A DNA stretch of 64,000 nucleotides from Candidatus Omnitrophota bacterium. Lineage in GTDB: Bacteria; Omnitrophota; Gorgyraeia; Gorgyraeales; Gorgyraeaceae. The translations under genes and the position numbers were made by a program. The stretch is taken from the NCBI GenBank assembly GCA_003485765.1, contig DNHS01000051.1, positions 71,747-135,746 on the forward strand, written 5' to 3'. Positions 8,069 through 17,024 of the stretch are shown here, piece after piece; the first letter of the stretch is position 1; every line of letters starts with the position of its first letter. The notes under the pieces are model-generated. The model worked only from the letters and a program-made list of their open reading frames with translations. It searched no databases and was not told where the DNA came from.

Positions 8069-8404
8069 ATGGATAAAGATAATCAAAAAAACAACCGCCT
8101 ATCCTATACCATATTTACTGCTATATTAGGGGGGATTATTTTTCTTGTTTTTAATAACTACTGGTACCAAGATCACTCTTCTTATATTATTAAAGGAAAT
8201 AGAATAACAGGTAGTACTTATGTCTTTTCATTTAGTAATCCTGAGATAGGCTGGGTGCCTTTGAAAAAAGGATTAGACCAAAATCAAATGGGGATTTTTT
8301 ACGGTTTATCTAATAGATCTAAAGAAGAACGCAAACTTTTTGAAGACCTATTACAGAAATTAAATGATCTAGATAAAAAACTCGAAGAAAAACAAGAAAA
8401 ATAA
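8069..8404 (+). CDS. Small single-TM membrane protein
   Basis: N-terminal hydrophobic helix, C-terminal coiled coil, TGnTATAAT upstream; only plausible + strand gene in element A. Confidence 0.6.
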   Translation: MDKDNQKNNRLSYTIFTAILGGIIFLVFNNYWYQDHSSYIIKGNRITGSTYVFSFSNPEIGWVPLKKGLDQNQMGIFYGLSNRSKEERKLFEDLLQKLNDLDKKLEEKQEK

Positions 8405-8420
8405 ACTGCTCAAATTTTCT

Positions 8421-9488
8421 TTAGCTTTTTAGTTTAGGTATAAAACTTGCCTTAAAATATTCGTCTCTGATAACATCTTCCGGTGGGTTATTGTAGGTCT
8501 TCTCCATAACTTGTTTACTGCTCCATCCGCCTATTTCTTGTTTTGTCTTGCTTGAAAGCCCAGGACGGCTTGCAAAAGTATGTCTTAGATCGTGGATTGT
8601 AGCCTTGGCAATGCCTACTTTCTCGCATATCTCTATCATCTTATTCCTCATTTTATTCTTATTGAGAATATTACCCTTAGGATCAGAAAAAACATACCTG
8701 CCTCTGGCCTGCGCTATTGCCTGCTGTAATACTGATTTTAGCTCTGGGTGTATTGGTATAATTTTTGGCCTGTCAGTTTTGGTATTTTCTATGGTTATTA
8801 TGCCTTTAGATAGATCCACAAAACTTTTTTCCATCTTCCTGACTTCATCGCGCCTAAAACCACATATATATAAAGTCAAATATATAGCATACCAATTAAT
8901 ATCTCTGCTTTCTGCTTTGGCGCCTTCAAGAAATTTCGCAAGCTCTTCATCAGAAAGACAACGCCTCTTTTGAACCTTTATTATTTTAAGAGATCTAATT
9001 TTTGATACTGGATTAATACCTGAGATCTTATTGTGTTCTATCAAGATGGAAAACAGATTATATAAAGCCATCCTTTCAGAGTTTACGGTCTTAGTTGCCC
9101 TTTTCTTTTCGTTAATACGATAATCCATAAATTCTTTAATGTGTTCTGACTGTATTTCATCAAAGTATTTCAAGTTGGAGCGCTTTACACTAAGAAACTC
9201 CTTAAAATTCTTCATATATCCGTTGTACCTAATATATGAGGTATCATCAATGCTTCCCTTCTTGGTCCTTAACCAAAAATCTATGCCTTGTTCAAAAGTA
9301 ACTCTATAAGTAGGTTTATCTGTCATTGAACTAAATATCTGTTCCGGCATTTTTAAAAGCTTTAATCTGGCTTCTTTTTCAGTAAGAGACTTAATCTCTA
9401 TTCTCTTGCCAGAAAAATTAGTTATTTTAAAACAATACCAGGATCCACGCCGGTATATTTTTTTAGGAACTCTAAAGCGTTTTCTCAT
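8421..9488 (-). CDS. int: Tyrosine recombinase / integrase
   Basis: GFRRDEV, NTKTD, HDLRHTFAS, GGWSS...KTY catalytic motifs; basic N-terminal arm-binding region. Confidence 0.95.
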   Translation of the reverse strand: MRKRFRVPKKIYRRGSWYCFKITNFSGKRIEIKSLTEKEARLKLLKMPEQIFSSMTDKPTYRVTFEQGIDFWLRTKKGSIDDTSYIRYNGYMKNFKEFLSVKRSNLKYFDEIQSEHIKEFMDYRINEKKRATKTVNSERMALYNLFSILIEHNKISGINPVSKIRSLKIIKVQKRRCLSDEELAKFLEGAKAESRDINWYAIYLTLYICGFRRDEVRKMEKSFVDLSKGIITIENTKTDRPKIIPIHPELKSVLQQAIAQARGRYVFSDPKGNILNKNKMRNKMIEICEKVGIAKATIHDLRHTFASRPGLSSKTKQEIGGWSSKQVMEKTYNNPPEDVIRDEYFKASFIPKLKS

Positions 9489-9664
9489 ACTAATGCAACT
9501 TTTACTGTATTAATCTCCCATCTTTCCAGGTCTTCTTCTCTAAAACGATTTAAACCGCCTATTTTAATATAAGGAATAAAATCCTTAGATGTCCATTGAT
9601 AAAGAGTACTCCTTTTGATGTTATATCTTTCACAAACTTCCTCAGGCGTTAATAACTTTCCCAT
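9485..9664 (-). CDS. xis: Excisionase-type HTH protein
   Basis: LLTPEEVCERYNIKRSTLYQW...IPYIKIGGLNRF; ATGA overlap with int. Confidence 0.85.
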   Translation of the reverse strand: MGKLLTPEEVCERYNIKRSTLYQWTSKDFIPYIKIGGLNRFREEDLERWEINTVKVALV

Positions 9665-9717
9665 GGCTATCACCCCCTCTCTGTTACAAAAACAAGTCCT
9701 TATTTAACAGTTAAATA

Positions 9718-10365
9718 TTACCGCTTTTCCCCTTGCAAATTACAAGAGTGTTTTTGTAACACTCTTTTTACCTGGATATAGCTGATCCTGTCTTTCTTAG
9801 AGATATCCTTATTGTATTCGCGCGCTATCTTCCTCAGACCAAGGTCTTTATGCTTAGCAATGGACTTTAACCTTTTTATATCAATCTCTTTTTTAGGCCG
9901 ACCACCTTTGTATTCGCCTTTTTCTTTTTTTTGTTTAATACCTTCCCGAACCCTAATCCCAAGCATCTTGCTAAAGTTATTAGCCATATAAGCGAAGATC
10001 ATCATAATGATCTGCCACATGTCATTATTGCTATCTATACCTTCCTTTATACTAACGAATCTACATTTATGCTCTTCTACGACTTTATGAAGATCTGAAA
10101 CTATCTTGGTAGGCGTTTCTCTTGAAAATCTATCAAGCATGTAAACTACAAGTATATTAAATTCTCTCAGTCTGATTCTTTCCAATGCTTCTTCAAAGAC
10201 CTTTCTCCTCGTACCTTTATAAGCGCTCTCGTATTCCTGGAATATTTCATAAGGCCAGCTTTGGGATTCGCAATACTTCTTACAGGTATTAATTTGATTC
10301 TCTACATCCTGTTTTGATTCATCAGTACTGCACCGCGCATAAATTATAGCCCTTATTTTTTCCAT
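9718..10365 (-). CDS. Serine recombinase (resolvase/invertase family)
   Basis: YARCST..Q, LDRFSR, GEYKGGRP, C-terminal HTH; start reassigned to MEKIRA with GAGG SD. Confidence 0.9.
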   Translation of the reverse strand: MEKIRAIIYARCSTDESKQDVENQINTCKKYCESQSWPYEIFQEYESAYKGTRRKVFEEALERIRLREFNILVVYMLDRFSRETPTKIVSDLHKVVEEHKCRFVSIKEGIDSNNDMWQIIMMIFAYMANNFSKMLGIRVREGIKQKKEKGEYKGGRPKKEIDIKRLKSIAKHKDLGLRKIAREYNKDISKKDRISYIQVKRVLQKHSCNLQGEKR

Positions 10366-10458
10366 AAATACCTCTTTATTTTTCCACACATGCTTATAAA
10401 ATTTACCACAACTATAAATAATGTTTTCCATACACATCCACATGGAAATTTGTGGTAA

Positions 10459-10724
10459 TTTCCAGGTAACCTCAGGTAAATATCGTTTCCTAGGAAAATA
10501 CCCCAGGACCAGCGTCGGGAAGAATTAGGCTTTTTCCTATAGGACTTTGTGGAGACTTTCCAGGTAAAAGACAGGAGTTTAGCCGGCCACCAGGAAATTA
10601 CCTCAGGACCAGCGTCGGATATAAAAGGTCTGATTTTACCTGGAAAACAAGGTCCTAGTCTTATAGGACCGAGGGAGCGGAAAAAGTCCGCTAAAGTCCG
10701 CAAAAGTCCGAGCGTACAAGTCCG
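10459..10724. repeat. Complex repeat region upstream of resolvase (res/oriT/pac-like)
   Basis: caggaccagcgtcgg at 10504 and 10604; tttccaggtaa direct (10459, 10557) and inverted (about 10636); aagtccg x4, three at 10-bp period. Confidence 0.7.
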
Positions 10725-10741
10725 TAAAAATAACCGTGTTT

Positions 10742-11104
10742 TTAACGTATTGAATTCCATGGCAACCTATCAGTTTGACCTGGATCACCTGGATTATTTC
10801 CAGGACCGCTTCCATGGCCTTTTAAGGACTTTCTCAGGAAAATAAAGGTCACTATTGTTAAAATCCCAAGGTATATAGTACCTAATACTTTCCGGCCAGA
10901 GGATCCTTCTTTCTTTTCCTCAGGTACTTTCTGGATTCCCAATAGCTTCCTAGTTCTTATTGTGCCATCTCTTAGATTTACTGCCTTGCAATATGGACAA
11001 TGGAAAAGAGACTGCTTGCCTTCCCTGGCATTTTGTGGTGCCGGCTTAGGTAAACGTGTTGTTTCCTCGCCACATGCTTTACAAATTAATTTTATTTCTT
11101 CCAT
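10742..11104 (-). CDS. Zinc-ribbon protein with C-terminal TM helix
   Basis: CKAC...CPYC; VLGTIYLGILTIVTFIFL. Confidence 0.65.
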   Translation of the reverse strand: MEEIKLICKACGEETTRLPKPAPQNAREGKQSLFHCPYCKAVNLRDGTIRTRKLLGIQKVPEEKKEGSSGRKVLGTIYLGILTIVTFIFLRKSLKGHGSGPGNNPGDPGQTDRLPWNSIR

Positions 11105-12003
11105 CGGACTGTCTCCTCTTTATTATTACCAGAATTTATCCAGGACTTTCTAAGCCAATCCGGCGGATTAGCCTTTAATTCATTAAGATGATTCTTTGAA
11201 ACGTAGTATTCCTTATGAGGATCCTTCTTATACTTGATAAATCCTAACTTAATGTATTTTTTGATAGTCGTATCCGATAAATTTAAAACAGTTTCCACCC
11301 TTTTTATATGGATGTATTCCTCGTTATCATAAACAAGGTTTCTCTGAGAGTTTTCTCTATTTTTAATACTGCATGGATTGTTCCATATCTTAGTTAAAAA
11401 CTCCGGCTTTTCTTCCAGGACTTTCTCTATGTCAGATCTTATAAACGACCACCCTAATAAAGTACTAAACTCAGCTTTAATCTTTTTTTGCCTGATAAAC
11501 TTATATAAAACAGCTCGCGAAATATTAAGCATTTCTAAAACCTGAGGCGCGCTTAAACATTCCTTTGGTTTTTCCTGGATCTCTTCCAGAGAGATAGGGA
11601 TATCTTCCTGTTCTGCTTTCTCAATATTTATTATATCTCCTGGATTTATCTGAGAATGGCCTGGAATTTGAAGAGGTACGTCAAAGGCTCCCAATTCCTC
11701 CATTGCTACCTGAAATAATTTCTTCTTCATCCTGTTTATATAATCAACGAGATAACCTTTATCCACCATGCCGTTCTTGAAAACTTCACCTGGATCCGCT
11801 TTGTACTTATCAAAATCCAGGTCTTTGCCTATCATGGCCACCATGCACTTACGCTTATACCATGGTAAGTCTTCATTATTATCCATAAAGAAAGCTACTC
11901 TTATAGGAGAGCCGTTATTTAAATAAGAAAGGCTTTGATCGTCAAGTCTGATTAGAAGTAAATCATGGCTACTATTAGGGCTTTTTAATAACTTGGCTTC
12001 CAT
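11092..12003 (-). CDS. Protein with two excisionase/MerR-type HTH domains
   Basis: LSAPQVLEMLNISRAVLYKFIRQKKI and IKRVETVLNLSDTTIKKYIKLGFI. Confidence 0.7.
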   Translation of the reverse strand: MEAKLLKSPNSSHDLLLIRLDDQSLSYLNNGSPIRVAFFMDNNEDLPWYKRKCMVAMIGKDLDFDKYKADPGEVFKNGMVDKGYLVDYINRMKKKLFQVAMEELGAFDVPLQIPGHSQINPGDIINIEKAEQEDIPISLEEIQEKPKECLSAPQVLEMLNISRAVLYKFIRQKKIKAEFSTLLGWSFIRSDIEKVLEEKPEFLTKIWNNPCSIKNRENSQRNLVYDNEEYIHIKRVETVLNLSDTTIKKYIKLGFIKYKKDPHKEYYVSKNHLNELKANPPDWLRKSWINSGNNKEETVRWKK

Positions 12004-12205
12004 TTTGCCTTTTTTTCTGTAATTTCATTAAGAATCTGCCGACTTCAAAAAGCATACACTCTGCAAGCACACCGAAATGATAGAAACGGTTCGCCTCTTG
12101 ATTTCTTTTGATTGTCCATATCTTCCACTGTCTTGCCTTCCATCCTTTAAAAACTCCTAAGCCTACTAACCAGTTTTGAGATTTCCATATTGAAATTAAG
12201 CGCAT
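11975..12205 (-). CDS. Hypothetical small protein
   Basis: ORF in operon orientation with AGGTGG SD. Confidence 0.5.
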   Translation of the reverse strand: MRLISIWKSQNWLVGLGVFKGWKARQWKIWTIKRNQEANRFYHFGVLAECMLFEVGRFLMKLQKKRQNGSQVIKKP

Positions 12206-12214
12206 ATCCCACCT

Positions 12215-12430
12215 TTATTTAGTATTTCCCTCTTTCGGCCTACATCCGAGGCGGTAAACATACAAAGGACATTCTAAGCTATCGCAATTTCTAACCAAGG
12301 AATAATGATTACCTGCACACTCCAGGCACTTATGCCTGATTGCTCTAATAGGCGGTAATCTTTTAGTGCCTTTTTGACTATCCTTTTCCTTTAACATTAT
12401 ATTTTTCATAGAGTTATATTTTTTGAGCAT
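12215..12430 (-). CDS. Small Cys4 protein of phage/mobile-element type
   Basis: AIRHKCLEC...VRNC...CPLYVYRLG. Confidence 0.7.
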   Translation of the reverse strand: MLKKYNSMKNIMLKEKDSQKGTKRLPPIRAIRHKCLECAGNHYSLVRNCDSLECPLYVYRLGCRPKEGNTK

Positions 12431-12500
12431 GCTTCATTCCTTATCATTACATATCATTGCTTGTCATTCGTTGTCATTCGTTACTATTCCTTGACATTCC
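12431..12500. repeat. Seven tandem 10-bp repeats (TTRTCATTCC-like)
   Basis: gcttcattcc ttatcattac atatcattgc ttgtcattcg ttgtcattcg ttactattcc ttgacattcc. Confidence 0.85.
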
Positions 12501-12567
12501 TTAACGAATACAAACTTGGCTCTAAGTAAATTTTTATCAACGCGTCTGCCATACCCCCTAAAAAGTG

Positions 12568-12779
12568 GGTTACTCGGTTACCTATCTATGCAATGCCTTG
12601 AAAAACATAAGCTTACATGGTAACCCAAGCTTAATTTCTCGGTTACTTCTCGGTTACCTATTTGCTTTTTCGGTTACCAGTAACCGAAAGGTAACCCAGT
12701 TTTTATAACTCGGTTACCTATTTATCCTATTGTAAATAATATGGTTATAGTTTTTGGTAACCCAGTAACCGAGGTAACC
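12568..12779. repeat. Iteron cluster, putative replication origin
   Basis: 12 copies of GGTTAC/GTAACC in both orientations around AT-rich spacers, directly downstream of the Rep ATPase gene. Confidence 0.8.
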
Positions 12780-12795
12780 GAGACAGAGGGAGAAA

Positions 12796-14469
12796 TCAAT
12801 CACAGTTTTCCAGCCTTTTTTCGATTTCTTCCAAATGTATCCGGAACCCTTTTATATTCTTACCATCAATCTTTCTTTGCTCTGCACGGCCTTTGACAAG
12901 ACCGGCATATCTTAAAGCTTTTCCAAGCCATCTGCCTTTATTTTGCTTCTTCTCATCATTTAACCAAGCAAAGTCTTCTTCGCCGGATCCCTTAAAAATC
13001 TCTAATAATTCATTAATGGTCCAAAAATCATCCATCTTAGGATATTCCCTTTCTGAGAAAACTTCCTTAAGCACCATAAGAACCTTTGGAGTAATTGTGT
13101 CTTCTCTGCGCGCTTCTTTTTTAAGCTTTTGGATCTCAAGAGCGTGATTTCTTATTTCGTCATATAGGTTAAATTTTGAATCGCTATCATTATCTATAAC
13201 CTTGGCAATCGTAAGAATAGGTTTGCTTAATTCCCATTCCCTGCCTAATATTTCTTCATCTTTTATTGTTTGATAAAATACCTTTACCTGGAGAGAATAA
13301 GTAAGCATTATATGGTAGAGCTTATCGCGGATATCTTGAAAACTTTTATCATTATTGTTTAACTCACGGTTTTTAATCTCCTTGTTGCCGGTTTTTAACA
13401 TTATAATAGGGATACACCTTGAACTTAATGAAGACTCAAATCCCTTTATTGAAGCAAACATCTTAGGAGAATATGCCTCAAATTGTTTAGGTAGCCATTG
13501 ACTATATTCATTAACTTGTTCGCATTTACCGCAAAATGATCCTTTTTTATATCCAGCGTTATACATGGCTATTAAAGCTTGACTATCTTGATCATCAGAA
13601 CGCCTTAATCTTTCTATTTCATCAACACAGCAAGTGGAATGATTATTATGAACCGCTCTGATTATATAAGCAGGAGATGAATTGAATGTCAACTCACCAT
13701 TGAAAGATAACCAGGCTGTAAACATTAAGGTTTTAGTCTTGCCGGATTCCATATCTCCATTAAGGTGAACATAGGGGAAGGTATCAAAAATTCTCTGGAA
13801 GTACGTAGCAATAATCCAAAGGGTTTTATATTTAGTCCAAGTGTCATTACCTAAATCAATATAACTTTTACTAAGCTTATAAATATCGGTAAAAACATCT
13901 GATATTTTTATGTTTTCCTTACCATTAGTAAATAACTCAATACTCTTATCTGACCATCTTTTATTTAAACAAGGGCTCCTTTCTGAATAAAGATTCATCT
14001 TTAATAATTCCTCATCTGAAAGACGAATTTTTTGTTTTTCAGAAGTTATTATATAATTAATAGATTTTACTTTATTATCTACACAGATATTAACTGGAAT
14101 AGTGACGTAAGCTGTGTCATCGATAAAATCTTGCGCCGGAGTAATAATTGATAGGTGTGGAGCGTAATTAATAACTGGGGTTTCGTCTTTATCGATACCC
14201 ATTTCCATGGCATATCTTTTTACTGTCTTTAAGGCATCTTTTTGATTAACTATGCCGACTTCGCTTAAACGTTTTATACACAATACTCTGTCTTGCTCTG
14301 CTAATAAAGGAATAGAGCGTATAATTAAATCTCTTTTTTCTGCCTGGACCGGCAATTCCAGAGTCTCCCATTCCTTTATTAGATTATGTACTTCTTCTAT
14401 TATTTTTTTCTTCTTTTCATCTTCCTTAAGTCTTGTAGTTAAATCTTTTTCTTCATCTACTCTATTCAT
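12796..14469 (-). CDS. Replication ATPase/helicase-like protein (DUF3631-like)
   Basis: FPYVHLNGDMESGKTK, TCCVDEIE, YNAGYKKG, YSPKMFASI, SRCI. Confidence 0.75.
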   Translation of the reverse strand: MNRVDEEKDLTTRLKEDEKKKKIIEEVHNLIKEWETLELPVQAEKRDLIIRSIPLLAEQDRVLCIKRLSEVGIVNQKDALKTVKRYAMEMGIDKDETPVINYAPHLSIITPAQDFIDDTAYVTIPVNICVDNKVKSINYIITSEKQKIRLSDEELLKMNLYSERSPCLNKRWSDKSIELFTNGKENIKISDVFTDIYKLSKSYIDLGNDTWTKYKTLWIIATYFQRIFDTFPYVHLNGDMESGKTKTLMFTAWLSFNGELTFNSSPAYIIRAVHNNHSTCCVDEIERLRRSDDQDSQALIAMYNAGYKKGSFCGKCEQVNEYSQWLPKQFEAYSPKMFASIKGFESSLSSRCIPIIMLKTGNKEIKNRELNNNDKSFQDIRDKLYHIMLTYSLQVKVFYQTIKDEEILGREWELSKPILTIAKVIDNDSDSKFNLYDEIRNHALEIQKLKKEARREDTITPKVLMVLKEVFSEREYPKMDDFWTINELLEIFKGSGEEDFAWLNDEKKQNKGRWLGKALRYAGLVKGRAEQRKIDGKNIKGFRIHLEEIEKRLENCD

Positions 14470-14483
14470 CTTTTCATCTCCTT

Positions 14484-14714
14484 TTAAACCATATTAAATA
14501 TGGCAGATTTTACATCAGTCATTGCGTTTTTCAAGATGGTTATACCAACCAGGCCGTTATTATAAAATTCTTTCACTAGTTCTTCTCTTTCTCTGATGTC
14601 CTCAAAAACAAAAATGGCTCTTCTGCTTTCTCCTTGTATGCGCGTAATTTTCATTCCTTTCGCTTTTAAGAAAGCTGAGAGCCAGAGATCCTGAGTAATA
14701 AATTCTTTATTCAT
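14484..14714 (-). CDS. DUF5659-like small protein
   Basis: FITQDLWLSAFLKAKG...FVF...LVKEFY signature. Confidence 0.75.
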   Translation of the reverse strand: MNKEFITQDLWLSAFLKAKGMKITRIQGESRRAIFVFEDIREREELVKEFYNNGLVGITILKNAMTDVKSAIFNMV

Positions 14715-14747
14715 CTTTTCATCTCCTTTTTTATTCAATCCTATCTT

Positions 14748-14951
14748 CTACTTTATTCCAATTGCTAAATCCGACTTCTTAATTTTTAATGCCTTGCAAA
14801 TTTTATCTACTAGTTTTTCGCTTGGCTCCAAACGACCGATCATAATTTTACTAAGATTTGTTTCGTGTATCCCAACCATTTTAGCCAGTTGCCATTGTTT
14901 AATGCTTTTTCTGAACAAAATAGTTTTTAATGCCAAATTATTTATTTGCAT
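14748..14951 (-). CDS. XRE/Cro-type HTH regulator
   Basis: QWQLAKMVGIHETNLSKIMIGRLEPS. Confidence 0.85.
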   Translation of the reverse strand: MQINNLALKTILFRKSIKQWQLAKMVGIHETNLSKIMIGRLEPSEKLVDKICKALKIKKSDLAIGIK

Positions 14952-15026
14952 ATGTTCTCCTTAACTTTATTATTGATGTTAATATATTATCATTATTATT
15001 AATCATAATCTTTAGAGTAAAAAAAA

Positions 15027-15599
15027 TTACTGTTTTTGTCTCAATTCTAACGCTATCTTTTTAAGATCTAACGAATTAGCTCTTTCTGTAACGTTCTTTG
15101 ACAAGGCCGTATTGCGTTCTTCTAATTCTCTAATATTTAAAAATAACTTCTCTGTAACTTCTTTATAAGCGTTGTCCTTCTTCTCTACTTGTTGTTTTAT
15201 TTGTTTAACATTCTCTGGTTCAGGTTTATAAATATATTTATCCGGATTTTCTGCCCAGGGAATAAACATTTCTTTCTCTCTCTGTGTAAGCGCCACATTT
15301 TTGCCTAGTTTCTCTAACGTTTGTATTATTAAATTGTATGCCAGCATGTAGTTTATCTGTTCATTTTGCCAAATAAGTAAAATAGAAATTTCTTTGATTG
15401 AAAATCCTAAATATAACAAGTGACAAATTAATAATATTCTATGAACATCTCTTTCTGAATAAAGCCTATAACCTCCCACAGTGTAGTGTGGTTCTATTAA
15501 TTTCTTTTGTTCGTAATTTATTAATTTATTACGCGTTAGACTGTATCCGAAAGACTTTAAATGTTTAATTAGGTCTTTTACGCTATATTCTTCTGCCAT
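15027..15599 (-). CDS. MerR-family HTH regulator
   Basis: LINYEQKKLIEP...GGYRLYSERDV...LGFSIKEI. Confidence 0.8.
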   Translation of the reverse strand: MAEEYSVKDLIKHLKSFGYSLTRNKLINYEQKKLIEPHYTVGGYRLYSERDVHRILLICHLLYLGFSIKEISILLIWQNEQINYMLAYNLIIQTLEKLGKNVALTQREKEMFIPWAENPDKYIYKPEPENVKQIKQQVEKKDNAYKEVTEKLFLNIRELEERNTALSKNVTERANSLDLKKIALELRQKQ

Positions 15600-15647
15600 A
15601 TGCCTCTGTAAGGTTATTATTGATAATCATATATTATTACCTATAAT

Positions 15648-15676
15648 AATGTACACCACAATTATTTGTTTGTCAA
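15648..15676 (-). promoter_or_regulatory. Sigma70-type promoter of the MerR-like gene
   Basis: TTGACA-N17-TACATT on minus strand. Confidence 0.55.
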
Positions 15677-15755
15677 GTATTTTGAAAAATTTCTTTTACC
15701 TTATTATAAATAGAGGCAGGAAATTGCTTATTGCTTCTGGTCTGCTGTTTTAATT

Positions 15756-16898
15756 TCATCTTTCTTCAATATCTTCATCACATACAAAACCATAAACAAA
15801 ATTGTTTTTTTGTGATTTATCTGTAAGACGTATTATACGACAATAAAAATTTTTGTCTTTTAAGCCTCGTATTCTTGCGCCAAGATAAACTTCTTCATCT
15901 TTATCTAATTCATTAACTATTTTACTGTCTATAGAAGCTTTTTCATAAACCTTTGTAGCCGTATTTTTAATTTTTACTGTTTTTATATTTCCCTTAGCAA
16001 GCCTTTGCTGAGATATATTCTCTTGTTTAAGTAACAAGATTTCTATAGTTTTTCTAAGAGAATATTCAGCATTTTCTTCATTATATATATCATCTTCGAA
16101 TTCGTCTTTTATAACCCATTCTTTGTCTTCTTTATAATAATATACTTCTGGAGTAATGCGTCTTATATTCCAATAATCTATAAGAGAAATGCCTATGGCT
16201 AACAAATCTTTATCTAATCCATTATAATCTAGTACAATATAGTCTGTTGGTTCTTTAACATGTTCTTCTATGTATTCTTTAGTTGTTGCATAAGAAGGTG
16301 CCATTGACGCAAAGGATCCTAAGACATTAGCTGTTCCTTTTTCAAAATCCCTAATATCATATTGTTTTTCAAAAGCTAAATATATAACTTTTCTACAATT
16401 TATTTGACACTCTTTATAATTTTGGGATTTCAAGAAGTCTTCGGCTTCTTTCAATAAACATTTATTTTCACTATCTTTTAACAAATCAATTAGTGTTATA
16501 TTATTAAAGTTAATTTTAAGATATCTCGCACTTGACTCTTCAAAAAAATTATTTACAACAACAGGAAAATCTCTGCAGTCTTCGATGCGAGGCAATATCC
16601 CATGATGTTTTAAATTAACGCGTTGCCGATTAAGTTCTAACATTTTTGTACTCAAAGGGACATCTTCCCCTTTTTCTTTCTTGATTATCGAGAAATATCC
16701 TGGAAAACTTACATTATCATTTATAGTCACTTTTAATTGTTCACATAGGGCTATTAAAAATAATTCAACAGCATCTTGTAACAAAATAATGCCGGCACCT
16801 ATTCTTTCTGCATTCTCAGCAATTTTAAAACAGTCTTTGCCCAAAAAATATAAAAACTTGGCCATCTGAATTTTTCTTATAACAGATTGTTCTAACAT
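15756..16898 (-). CDS. HEPN-like domain protein with C-terminal SH3b-like domain
   Basis: LLQDAVELFL...LNRQRVNLKHHG (R-X4-H); C-terminal KVYEKASIDSKIVNELDKDEEV...FYCRI...YGFV. Confidence 0.55.
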   Translation of the reverse strand: MLEQSVIRKIQMAKFLYFLGKDCFKIAENAERIGAGIILLQDAVELFLIALCEQLKVTINDNVSFPGYFSIIKKEKGEDVPLSTKMLELNRQRVNLKHHGILPRIEDCRDFPVVVNNFFEESSARYLKINFNNITLIDLLKDSENKCLLKEAEDFLKSQNYKECQINCRKVIYLAFEKQYDIRDFEKGTANVLGSFASMAPSYATTKEYIEEHVKEPTDYIVLDYNGLDKDLLAIGISLIDYWNIRRITPEVYYYKEDKEWVIKDEFEDDIYNEENAEYSLRKTIEILLLKQENISQQRLAKGNIKTVKIKNTATKVYEKASIDSKIVNELDKDEEVYLGARIRGLKDKNFYCRIIRLTDKSQKNNFVYGFVCDEDIEER

Positions 16899-17024
16899 TT
16901 GATCCTCTGTGGGTTATTAAGCATATGATAGTCTTGTAGGGTAATATAGACAAGGAAAAAATAAGGTAGAAAATGACAACTGGTAAGCAAAAACTGATTC
17001 TCAGGCTAGCTATAAAAATACATC

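Noticed and set aside
10353-10845. ORFs 10353-10760 (-) and 10549-10845 (+)
   Set aside because: Run across the repeat mosaic with no recognisable domains; probably spurious, though not excluded
12431-12779. CRISPR array
   Set aside because: Repeats are 6-10 bp without unique spacers; no cas genes
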